Shown: positions 44,988-53,285, counted from the first letter of the stretch. The stretch: 64,000 nucleotides of DNA from an uncultured Oscillospiraceae bacterium (GCA_944386975.1 CALXDC010000005.1:12959-76958), one strand, 5' to 3'. The notes: generated by a model not told the origin, from the sequence alone. A program made the numbers and translations.

Positions 44988-45529
44988 ACGCATTAGGGAT
45001 GATCGAGGTGACCAGCATCCCCGCCGGTGTGGAGGCGGGAGATGCCATGCTGAAAGCCGCCGCTGTGGAGCTGGTAACGGCCCAGAGCGTCTGCGCGGGA
45101 AAATACATTGTCCTCATCACCGGCGAGGTGGCGGCGGTGCGGGAGAGCGTGGCGGCAGGAAAGGCTGCTGCGGGAATGAAGCTGGTGGACAGCATGGTCA
45201 TTCCCCGGGTCCACCCCCAGGTGCCCAAGGCCATCAATGCCTGCACGGAGATCGGCCGGGTGGCCGCCGTGGGGGTGATGGAGGCCTTCTCCCTGTGCGC
45301 AGCGGTTCAAGCGGCAGACGCGGCGGTGAAGGCTGCCGATGTGGCGCTGATGGAGGTCCGGTTGGGCCGGGGCCTTGGGGGCAAGTCCTTCATCCTCCTC
45401 ACCGGGGAGGTGGCGGCGGTGAAGGCCGCTGTGGAGGCGGCGGAGAGCCGGGAGGAGACGGCGGGGCTGATGAACGACAGCGCCGTGATCCCCGCTCCCC
45501 ATCCGGATATGATCCGGGCCCTGTATTAA
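44984..45529 (+). CDS. pduT: tandem-domain BMC shell protein (BMC-T, PduT-like)
   Basis: 181 aa with two BMC domains. SVCAGKY (Cys37) aligns with the KTICPGKF pore cysteine of PduT. Confidence 0.8.
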   Translation: MNALGMIEVTSIPAGVEAGDAMLKAAAVELVTAQSVCAGKYIVLITGEVAAVRESVAAGKAAAGMKLVDSMVIPRVHPQVPKAINACTEIGRVAAVGVMEAFSLCAAVQAADAAVKAADVALMEVRLGRGLGGKSFILLTGEVAAVKAAVEAAESREETAGLMNDSAVIPAPHPDMIRALY

Positions 45530-45608
45530 GTCAGGTTTCTGCCCGGGGAACTTCCCTGGAGAACATACAACGAATACGATTTGAGACGATCATCAGGAGG
45601 ATACGACT

Positions 45609-45884
45609 ATGAAATTAGCGCTGGGTATGGTGGAGACCAGAGGACTCATCGGCGCCATTGAGGCGGCAGACGCCATGGTGAAGGCGGCCAATGTGAAGCT
45701 CATCGGCAAGGAGCAGATCGGCTCCGGTCTGGTGACGGTGATGGTCCGCGGGGACGTGGGTGCGGTGAAGGCCGCTGTGGAGGCCGGTTCCTCCGCCGCC
45801 AAGGCGGTGGGCGAGCTCTACGGCGTCCATGTGATCCCCTCTCCCCACGACGACGTGGAGGCCATCCTGCCGAACATCGGCTGA
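45609..45884 (+). CDS. BMC hexamer shell protein (BMC-H, PduA/EutM-like), copy 1
   Basis: [57 protein letters not shown] is the canonical BMC-H sequence. Confidence 0.93.
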   Translation: MKLALGMVETRGLIGAIEAADAMVKAANVKLIGKEQIGSGLVTVMVRGDVGAVKAAVEAGSSAAKAVGELYGVHVIPSPHDDVEAILPNIG

Positions 45885-45889
45885 GTCCC

Positions 45890-46168
45890 ATGTACGTGGG
45901 CGAGGTAGTGGGCTGCGTGGTGGCTACCGCCAAGGCGGAGGGCCTTCGCAACGTGCCCCTTCTGGTGGTGCAGCGGATGGAGGACGGACAGCGGGGGGAA
46001 CTGCTGGTGGCGGCGGACGCCACCGGTCAGGCAGGCCGGGGAGACCGGGTCTACCTGGTGGGAGCCCGGGAGGCCTCCCGGATCTTCCGGCGGCCCCTGG
46101 TCCCTTCCGACGCCTCCATCGTGGGCTTTATTGATTCCTACAACCGATCCATTCAACAAGACAGATAA
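45890..46168 (+). CDS. BMC vertex pentamer (BMC-P), paralog 2
   Basis: 92 aa. MYVGEVVGCVVATAKAEGLRNVPLLVV... has the EutN-fold pattern. Confidence 0.8.
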   Translation: MYVGEVVGCVVATAKAEGLRNVPLLVVQRMEDGQRGELLVAADATGQAGRGDRVYLVGAREASRIFRRPLVPSDASIVGFIDSYNRSIQQDR

Positions 46169-46180
46169 GGAGAAACAGGT

Positions 46181-46459
46181 ATGAAGTTAGCACTTGGTAT
46201 GGTAGAGACCCGGGGCCTCGTGGGGGCCATTGAGGCGGCGGACGCCATGGTGAAGGCCGCCAACGTGAAGCTCATCGGCAAGGAGCAGATCGGTTCCGGT
46301 CTGGTGACGGTGATGGTCCGCGGGGACGTGGGCGCGGTGAAAGCCTCCGTGGAGGCCGGCGCCTCCGCCGCCAAGCGGGTGGGCGAACTTTACGGCGTCC
46401 ATGTGATTCCCTCTCCCCACGACGATGTGGAGGCCATTTTGCCCACGGTGAAGGACTGA
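46181..46459 (+). CDS. BMC hexamer shell protein (BMC-H), copy 2
   Basis: Differs from copy 1 at 4 of the first 88 residues. Confidence 0.93.
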   Translation: MKLALGMVETRGLVGAIEAADAMVKAANVKLIGKEQIGSGLVTVMVRGDVGAVKASVEAGASAAKRVGELYGVHVIPSPHDDVEAILPTVKD

Positions 46460-46463
46460 TTCC

Positions 46464-46751
46464 ATGCGGATGGCGCGGGTGGCGGGGAACGTGGTGTCCA
46501 CCGTCAAGGACAGGGATTACGCCGGACAGAAGCTGCTGATCGTGGATTTTCTGGACGAGACGGGCCGCCCCACCGGTGAGACCGCCATTGCCTTCGACGC
46601 GGCCCAGGCCGGCGTGGGGGACGTGGTGCTGGTGTGCATCGACGGCGGTGCTTCCGCCATCCTGCTGGGTCAGAAGGTAATTGCCGATGTGACCATCTGC
46701 GGCGTGGTGGATAGCGTGACCCTGGAGGGGGACACCAAAAACTATCTGTAG
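46464..46751 (+). CDS. BMC vertex pentamer (BMC-P), paralog 3
   Basis: 95 aa. MRMARVAGNVVSTVKDRDYAGQKLLIV... has the EutN-fold pattern. Confidence 0.8.
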   Translation: MRMARVAGNVVSTVKDRDYAGQKLLIVDFLDETGRPTGETAIAFDAAQAGVGDVVLVCIDGGASAILLGQKVIADVTICGVVDSVTLEGDTKNYL

Positions 46752-46809
46752 AAAGCAAGACCGTCCCGCCGGACAATAATGTGCCGGCGGGACGGCGAAG
46801 CATACCCAA

Positions 46810-47541
46810 ATGGGGGGAGAGGGGGAGACCATGGACCGGGGAGAGATTATTTCGGAGGTGGAGCGGCAGATGCTTCGCTCTGCCAGGCGGCGTCCCGGCC
46901 GGGGGACCTTCCTCTGGACGCCCGCCGACGCCGACGGAGCCCTGGCGGCAGAGATACTGTGTCCCCTCTGCACCCCGGAGCGGGTGGAACGGGTGTGCCG
47001 GACGGCCCGGCGGCGTGGGGCGGCGTCGGTGACGCTGCTGCCCCACTTTGTTCTCCAGGGCCGCCGGCTCCTGGCCGGCAGCGCCACGGCCCTGACGGCG
47101 GCGGTGGGCTACCCGTGGGGGTCCCTCACTTCCGCTGCCCGCACCGCTCTGGCCAAGGACTGTCTTGCCGCCGGGGCGGACGAGCTGGAGATCTCTCTGG
47201 ATCTGGCGGCGGTGAAGTCCGGGGCCCTGGCGGGGGAGCAGGAGGCCCTTGCGGAGCTGGTGCGGCTGGCCCGGTCCGCCGGGCGGGCCCTCTCCGTGCG
47301 GGTGCCCCTTCGAAAGCTCACTGAGGCCGAGCAGGTGGCGGTGCTGACGGCTCTCCGCCGCTGCGGGGCGGATCTGGCGGTGCTGGACAGATGCGCCGAT
47401 CCGGCGGACGTGGCTCTGGCTCGGGAGCTGCTGGGGGGCCAGATGGCGGCGGCCGCCTCTACCGGGGAGGAGGAGGACTTCACTTTGGCCCGGGCGCTCT
47501 TGGAGGCGGGAGCCATGCGGGTGGGCGTGTCCGCCCCCTGA
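46810..47541 (+). CDS. DeoC/DERA-family aldolase-like protein lacking the catalytic lysines
   Basis: Aligns by eye with DERA: ...GAASVTLLPHFV..AAVGYPWGS..GADELEISLDLAAVKSG..GAMRVGVSA. The likelier start is the ATG at 46831, after GGGGGAGAGGGGGAG. There is no Lys in the last 74 residues. Confidence 0.6.
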   Translation: MGGEGETMDRGEIISEVERQMLRSARRRPGRGTFLWTPADADGALAAEILCPLCTPERVERVCRTARRRGAASVTLLPHFVLQGRRLLAGSATALTAAVGYPWGSLTSAARTALAKDCLAAGADELEISLDLAAVKSGALAGEQEALAELVRLARSAGRALSVRVPLRKLTEAEQVAVLTALRRCGADLAVLDRCADPADVALARELLGGQMAAAASTGEEEDFTLARALLEAGAMRVGVSAP

Positions 47542-47586
47542 GGCGGTGATTTTTTGTCCCCTCGGTTGCCGGGACCGGCGCTTGTC

Positions 47587-47761
47587 TGCCCGCTGACGGG
47601 GCCGTGCGTTTTTGTCGGTACCCGACGGCGTACTGTCTGGTGTTTTGCCTCCGGCGGCCTACTTTTCTTTGAGAAGAAAAGTAGGCCGCCGGAGGCAAAA
47701 ACACCTGCCGACGTGCGTCGGCCATCGACAAAACAACCCCGCCCCGCCCGGTCAGCGGGCA
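47587..47761. repeat. 175-bp nested imperfect palindrome with a perfect 27-bp-arm central hairpin
   Basis: Central arms 47643-47669 and 47674-47700 (ttttgcctccggcggcctacttttctt and its complement). Outer arms tgcccgctgac (47587) and gtcagcgggca (47751). Each flank has its own small hairpin. Confidence 0.8.
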
Positions 47762-47872
47762 AAAACCGTTGTGCGGCGGAGTTTCCGGAAAATTAACCCT
47801 GCCGCCTCTTGCAATGGCGGAGCCTTTGGTGCAAACTATAGGGGAGAACGGATCAAATGAGGAGGAACCGTT

Positions 47873-48676
47873 ATGCCATCCCACTATGCCCACTGGTACT
47901 TTGGCCATCTGGTCCGCAAGGCCCTGCCCGTGCCGCTGCGGACCATGCTCCGCAGCGATCCCGCCGCCTATCTGGCGGGGCTTCAGGGGCCGGACGTACT
48001 GTTTCACTACCATCCCCTGCTGCCAAACTCCGTGCGGAGAGAGGGGACTGCCATCCACCGCCGGTCGGGAATGTACTTCTTTGTAGCGGCCCGGGAGGCG
48101 CTGCTCCAGCAGGACAGCTCCTCCGCCCGGAGCTATCTGGCCGGGGCACTGTGCCACTACATGCTGGACTCCGCCTGCCACCCCCTGGTGGCCCAGGCCA
48201 TGGAGGACACAGGCTTTACCCACAGCGAGGTGGAGACGGAGCTGGACCGGGCGCTTATGGCGGCGGCGGGAATGGACCCCTATGAACGGCCCTCTATGGA
48301 CCTGCTGCCCGCCTCCCGTGCCTTGGGGCGGATCATGGCCCCCTTCTACCGGCCGGTAACGGCGGCTCAGATCGAGGCGGCCCTCCACGGCATGCGCCGG
48401 GACATCCGGCTCACCCGGGTCCGCAGCGACAGCATTCGGGAGGCCATTTTTTGGATTCTTCGCCGCACCGGTACCTACGCCGGATACCGCGGAATCTTCT
48501 TCTCCCCCACGGCAGCCCCGGGCTGCGGGGAGGCGGTGGAGGTGCTGGCGGCCCGGCTGCGGGAGACCGTGAGCCCTGCCGTGGAGGAGATGCAGGCCTT
48601 TTTCGATTCAGTGGACGGGGAAGCGCCGCTGAGGCCGCGGCTGAAACTGAACTTTGGAGGGACCGATGAAGGGTAA
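47873..48676 (+). CDS. zinc-dependent phospholipase C-family protein
   Basis: 267 aa. MPSHYAHWYFGH start and further His/Asp positions typical of the Zn-PLC fold. No signal peptide. Confidence 0.6.
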   Translation: MPSHYAHWYFGHLVRKALPVPLRTMLRSDPAAYLAGLQGPDVLFHYHPLLPNSVRREGTAIHRRSGMYFFVAAREALLQQDSSSARSYLAGALCHYMLDSACHPLVAQAMEDTGFTHSEVETELDRALMAAAGMDPYERPSMDLLPASRALGRIMAPFYRPVTAAQIEAALHGMRRDIRLTRVRSDSIREAIFWILRRTGTYAGYRGIFFSPTAAPGCGEAVEVLAARLRETVSPAVEEMQAFFDSVDGEAPLRPRLKLNFGGTDEG

Positions 48677-49901
48677 ACTGACGGCGCTGGAGCGCAGCTG
48701 GGTTCTCTACGATGTGGGGAACTCCGCCTTTGTGATGATGACATCCACCATCATGCCAATTTTCTTCAAGAATCTCACCGCCGCCCAGGGGGTGGCGGAC
48801 CACACCTCCACCGCCTGGTGGAGCTACGCCACGGCGGTGTGTACCCTGACGGTGGCGGTGCTGGGTCCCCTGCTGGGAGGCGTGGCGGACCGCCGGGGGT
48901 GGAAACGGCAGATTTTTATGGTGTTTCTGGCTCTGGGGTGCCTCTGCTGTGCCCTTTTGGGCTGGTCCGGGAGCTGGATGGTGTATCTGGCGCTTTTTGT
49001 TTTGGCCAAGATCGGCTTTTCCGGCAGCCTGGTGTTCTACGACGCCATGCTGCCGGATGTGACGGAGGACGACCGGGTGGATATGGTGTCCTCCCAGGGC
49101 TACGCCTGGGGCTACATCGGCTCCTGCGTGCCCTTTGTGGCCTCCCTGGGGCTGGTGCTGACGGCGGAGCAGACCGGCATCGGCACCGCCCGGGCCACCG
49201 CCTTCGCCTTCCTTCTGACGGCGGTGTGGTGGCTGGGGGCCACCACACCTCTTCTCCGGCGGTACCGGCAGACCCGCTTTGCCGAGGGTACTGCCGCCAC
49301 GGCAGCCCGACAGCTGCGGGAGACCGTGAGGGAGCTGTGGCGCATCCGCCGCATCCGCCTCTTCCTTCTGGCCTTTTTCTTCTATATCGACGGGGTCTAC
49401 ACCATCATCGACATGGCCACCTCCTATGGCAAGGACGTGGGCATCGGGGATACGGATCTGGTGCTGGCCCTGCTGCTGACCCAGGTGGTGGCCTTCCCCT
49501 TCGCCCTCCTCTTCGGCCGCATGGCCGGCCGGTTCCGGACGGAGAGCCTCCTCCAGGTGTGTATTCTGGGCTACTTCTTCGTGGCCCTCTTTGCCCTGCA
49601 GCTGGATAAGGCCTGGGAGTTCTGGTTTCTGGCGGTGTGTGTGGCGGTGTTCCAGGGAGCCATCCAGGCCCTGTCCCGGTCCTGCTTTGCCAAAATCATC
49701 CCCAAGGACAAGGCGGGGGAGTATTTCGGGTTTTACGACATCTTCGGCAAGGGGGCGTCCTTCTTCGGTGCGGTGCTCATGGGCGTCTCCACCCAGCTCT
49801 TTGAGACCTCCAAGGCAGGGGTGGTGGCTCTGGCGCTGCTGTTTCCCCTGGGACTTTTCCTGCTGCGCCGGTCCATGGCTCTGGACGGCGAAAAGATGTA
49901 A
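48666..49901 (+). CDS. MFS transporter (UMF1/Atg22-like family)
   Basis: ATG at 48666 after GGAGGGA. MKGKLTALERSWVLYDVGNSAF is the typical UMF1 N-terminus. Twelve-TM profile. Confidence 0.8.
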   Translation: MKGKLTALERSWVLYDVGNSAFVMMTSTIMPIFFKNLTAAQGVADHTSTAWWSYATAVCTLTVAVLGPLLGGVADRRGWKRQIFMVFLALGCLCCALLGWSGSWMVYLALFVLAKIGFSGSLVFYDAMLPDVTEDDRVDMVSSQGYAWGYIGSCVPFVASLGLVLTAEQTGIGTARATAFAFLLTAVWWLGATTPLLRRYRQTRFAEGTAATAARQLRETVRELWRIRRIRLFLLAFFFYIDGVYTIIDMATSYGKDVGIGDTDLVLALLLTQVVAFPFALLFGRMAGRFRTESLLQVCILGYFFVALFALQLDKAWEFWFLAVCVAVFQGAIQALSRSCFAKIIPKDKAGEYFGFYDIFGKGASFFGAVLMGVSTQLFETSKAGVVALALLFPLGLFLLRRSMALDGEKM

Positions 49902-49917
49902 CGAGAAAAAAGCGAGA

Positions 49918-50107
49918 CTGTCGAAAAAGCCTCGCAGAGTTTGCGCCGAATGGCGCAAAGCAAATAAAACCTATTTTCTCCGGCGACATGTGCGGCGGAG
50001 AAAATACTTTGCAGCCCGCAAGTGTGGGATTTGTCCGCTATAAGCGGACAAATCCTGCGCGCGGCGGGCTGTGTCTCTGCCGAAAAAGCGGCACACTTTT
50101 TCGACAG
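49918..50107. repeat. cluster of four or five hairpins enclosed by a 12-bp inverted repeat
   Basis: Outer inverted repeat ctgtcgaaaaag (49918) and ctttttcgacag (50096). Inner hairpins at 49940-49959, 49973-50005, 50027-50055 and 50078-50093. Confidence 0.7.
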
Positions 50108-50112
50108 ATTAA

Positions 50113-50143
50113 GGAGAGGCTGGCCAAGTTGGCCAGCCTCTCC
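50113..50143. terminator. hairpin terminator downstream of the SASP gene
   Basis: 14-bp stem ggagaggctggcca/tggccagcctctcc. Confidence 0.65.
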
Positions 50144-50158
50144 GCTGCGTTGGGGCAG

Positions 50159-50353
50159 TTACAGGCTCTTCTCGTAGCTCTCGATCATCTTCTTGACCAT
50201 CTGGCCGCCGATGGAGCCGGCCTCACGGCTGGACAGCTCGCCGTTGTAGCCGTCCTTCAGATTGACGCCCACCTCGCTGGCGGCCTCCATCTTGAACTTG
50301 TCCATAGCGGCACGGGCCTCGGGAACATTGATACGATTGCTCTTCTTAGACAT
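50159..50353 (-). CDS. alpha/beta-type small acid-soluble spore protein
   Basis: 64 aa. MSKKSNRINVPEARAAMDKFKMEAASEVGVNLKDGYNGELSSREAGSIGGQMVKKMIE matches both conserved SASP blocks. GGAGAAGGAG RBS. Confidence 0.9.
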   Translation of the reverse strand: MSKKSNRINVPEARAAMDKFKMEAASEVGVNLKDGYNGELSSREAGSIGGQMVKKMIESYEKSL

Positions 50354-50436
50354 AACTTGGTTTCTCCTTCTCCATTGTTTCTGCGGCGAAGTCGAGGGAA
50401 AAACCGTGGGGCTTTTTCTTCGTCCCCGCCGCAACC

Positions 50437-50465
50437 ATAGCATGACCAAAAGGCAATCGAATATC
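50437..50465 (-). promoter_or_regulatory. candidate forespore (sigma-G/F-type) promoter of the SASP gene
   Basis: The minus strand reads GGATA, 17 nt, CATGCTA, against the consensus GnATR, 17-18 nt, CATnnTA. Confidence 0.45.
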
Positions 50466-50597
50466 CCGACATCCTGTCGGTAAATTTTTGCAGACAATCC
50501 TGTGACCAAATCACTTGACGGGCCGGGTTGCGCCCTGCTATAGTATCCCCACAAGATCCGCCGCGGTCTTTCCGCCGCGGCAGCAAGGAGGCGACGG

Positions 50598-51911
50598 ATG
50601 GGTTTTGACCTTGAAATCAGTATTTCCGCATTGACGGTGTTCCTGCAGGGGATTCTCAGCTTTTTCTCCCCCTGTGTGCTGCCTCTGGTGCCCCTCTATA
50701 TCGGCTATCTCTCCGGCGGCGCCAAGACGGTGGATGAAAACGGACTCATCCGCTACCGCCGGGGAAAGGTGATGGGGAATACGGTGGGCTTTGTGCTGGG
50801 CGTGTCCTTTGCCTTTTTCCTACTGGGCTTCGGCTTCACCGCTGCTGGACAGTTTTTCTCCCGCAATCAGGCTGTTTTTACGAAAATCGGCGGTGTTTTG
50901 ATTATTTTGTTCGGCCTCTACCAGCTGGGGGTGTTCGGCGCGTCCCGCTTTCTCTCCACGGAGCGGCGGCTGCCTGTGCGGCTGGACCGGATGACCATGA
51001 GCCCTCTGACGGCTCTGGTGCTGGGCTTCACCTTCTCCTTTGCCTGGACGCCCTGTGTGGGGCCGGCCCTGGCCTCGGTGCTGCTGATGGCCTCCTCCGC
51101 CTCCACGGCGGGAAAGGGCTTTCTCCTCATTGCCCTCTACACCCTGGGCTTTGTTTTGCCCTTCCTGGCGGTGGGACTCTTCACCGGGGCCCTGCTGGAT
51201 TTTTTCAAAAAACACCAGAAGGTGGTGCGCTATACCGTAAAGGTGGGAGGCGTCCTCATGATCCTCATGGGCGTGATGATGCTCACCGGATGGCTTAATG
51301 GGATCTCCTCCTACCTCTCCAAAATCACCGCTTCCGACGTGGGGGCCAGTCAGTCCCAGCAGCAGGAGGAGCGGGAGGAAGAAGCTGGTTCCGAACCGGA
51401 GGAGCCTTCCGGCGAGTCTGCGGAGGACCAAGAGGAAGAGAATGCCGGCGCCATCCTGGCTCCGGACTTCGCTCTGACGGATCAGTACGGAGAGGTCCAC
51501 ACCCTGGCGGACTATGAGGGAAAGACCATCTTCCTCAACTTCTGGGCCACCTGGTGTGGTCCCTGCCGTTCGGAGATGCCGGATATCCAGGCACTCTATG
51601 AGGACTGGGAGGAGAACACCGGCGATGTGGTGGTGCTGGGGGTGGCCAATCCCAGCAGCGATGAGAACCCCTACGGCCAGGACGGCACCCAGGAGGAGAT
51701 TGCCGCCTTCCTGGAGGAGAACGGCTACACCTACCCGGTGCTCATGGACACCGACGGCAGCCTTTTTTCCCAGTATGGCATCACCGCCTTCCCCACCACC
51801 TTCATGATCGCCGCCGATGGTACTGTGTTCGGCTACGTGCCCGGCGCCATCGACCGCTCCGTCATGGACAGCATCGTGGAACAGACCATGACAGGGGAGC
51901 GAACCCAATAG
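50598..51911 (+). CDS. CcdA-type thiol-disulfide transporter fused to a TlpA/ResA-like thioredoxin domain
   Basis: N-terminal CcdA/DsbD membrane core (FFSPCVLPLVP, AWTPCVGP), an acidic linker, then a C-terminal thioredoxin fold with WATWCGPC. Confidence 0.85.
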   Translation: MGFDLEISISALTVFLQGILSFFSPCVLPLVPLYIGYLSGGAKTVDENGLIRYRRGKVMGNTVGFVLGVSFAFFLLGFGFTAAGQFFSRNQAVFTKIGGVLIILFGLYQLGVFGASRFLSTERRLPVRLDRMTMSPLTALVLGFTFSFAWTPCVGPALASVLLMASSASTAGKGFLLIALYTLGFVLPFLAVGLFTGALLDFFKKHQKVVRYTVKVGGVLMILMGVMMLTGWLNGISSYLSKITASDVGASQSQQQEEREEEAGSEPEEPSGESAEDQEEENAGAILAPDFALTDQYGEVHTLADYEGKTIFLNFWATWCGPCRSEMPDIQALYEDWEENTGDVVVLGVANPSSDENPYGQDGTQEEIAAFLEENGYTYPVLMDTDGSLFSQYGITAFPTTFMIAADGTVFGYVPGAIDRSVMDSIVEQTMTGERTQ

Positions 51912-51956
51912 TTTCATGAAAAAGGGAGGGAGGCGTTTTGCCTCCCTCCCTTTGCC

Positions 51957-53285
51957 TTATGGGAGATCGGTTTGGAGATAAACCTCCCGTTCCGCCTCCG
52001 GAACCATGCTGCCGCCGGTGGCCCAGGCCACGTGGCAGGCATTTTGCAGCCGCTCCTCCGTCAATCCCCACTTCTGCAGAAGACCGCCCAATGCCCGGAG
52101 CTTCACCGGCCCCTGGAAGGCGGCGCAGGCGGAGGGCTCGATGAAGATGCCCTCCCGGCGGAGCAGGGCCCGCATATAGTCGAAGAGAACGGCGTCCCGG
52201 ACGGTGAACATACCTGCCACCATCTGTTCCACCGTCCTGCCCACAAACCGGGAAGGGCGGCCCACTGCCAGTCCGTCGGCGCAGGTGAGGCCGGTGAGGC
52301 CCACGTCCTGGACGCAGATGTCGCTATGGAGGCCGGTGGCCACCCCCAGCAGCATGCAGGGGGCCTGAACCGGCTCCACAAAGAAACAGAACACGTGGTC
52401 GCCGAAGCACTCCTTCAGCCCGAAGGAGATCCCGCCGGGGGCGCCTCCCACGCCGCAGGGGAGGTAGACCAGCAGGGGATGGTCCTCGTCCACGGCAATG
52501 CCCCGCTCCTTCAGCTGGCGCTCCAACCTCCGGGCGGCCACCGCGTACCCTAAAAACAGGTCCGCCGAGTTCTCATCGTCTACAAAATAGCTATAGGGGT
52601 CCCGCTCCGCCAGCCTGCGGCCCTCCTCCACGGCTTTGCTGTAGTCGGAGGCGTACTCCACCACCTCTACGCCCTTGGAGCGGAGGAGGTCCTTCTTCCA
52701 CTGCTTGGCGTCGGCGGACATGTGGACGGTGACCCGGTAGCCGATGGCGGCGCTGATGACGCCGATGCTGAGCCCCAGGTTGCCGGTGGAGCCCACATGG
52801 ACGGCGTATTGCCGGAAAAAGTCCCGGAAGGCCGGAGAGGCGAAGGCCTCATAGGAGTCGCCGGGCCGGAGAAGACCCTTCTCCAGCGCCAGATCCTCGG
52901 AGTGCTTCAGAATCTCATAGATCCCGCCCCGGGCCTTCACGGAGCCCGCGATGGGGAGGTGACTGTCCTCCTTGAGAAGCAGCCGCCCGGTAAGACCGGC
53001 CCCGCACTCCCCATTGAGAAACTCCGCCATGGAGGGAATCTCCGCCAGGGGCGACTCGATCAGCCCGCCCTGGGGGGCCGTCTCCGGATAGGCGGTTTGG
53101 AGGAAGGGGGCGAAGCGGAGGAGCCGGGCCTCCGCATCGTCAATGTCCGCTCCCGTGAGGGGCAGGGTGGGACGCACCTGCCGGTAAGGCGCGTACCCGG
53201 GATTTTCCCACGCCGTCTCCTGTGCCCGGCAGAGCTCCGCCACCACAGGGGCGGTCCGGATCAGCGTTTGCATGTCGTAGCCCAT
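51957..53285 (-). CDS. dsdA: D-serine ammonia-lyase
   Basis: 442 aa, colinear with E. coli DsdA: LLLKEDSHLPIAGSVKARGGIYE, VGSTGNLGLSIG, YLPCGVGGAPGG. Confidence 0.9.
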   Translation of the reverse strand: MGYDMQTLIRTAPVVAELCRAQETAWENPGYAPYRQVRPTLPLTGADIDDAEARLLRFAPFLQTAYPETAPQGGLIESPLAEIPSMAEFLNGECGAGLTGRLLLKEDSHLPIAGSVKARGGIYEILKHSEDLALEKGLLRPGDSYEAFASPAFRDFFRQYAVHVGSTGNLGLSIGVISAAIGYRVTVHMSADAKQWKKDLLRSKGVEVVEYASDYSKAVEEGRRLAERDPYSYFVDDENSADLFLGYAVAARRLERQLKERGIAVDEDHPLLVYLPCGVGGAPGGISFGLKECFGDHVFCFFVEPVQAPCMLLGVATGLHSDICVQDVGLTGLTCADGLAVGRPSRFVGRTVEQMVAGMFTVRDAVLFDYMRALLRREGIFIEPSACAAFQGPVKLRALGGLLQKWGLTEERLQNACHVAWATGGSMVPEAEREVYLQTDLP

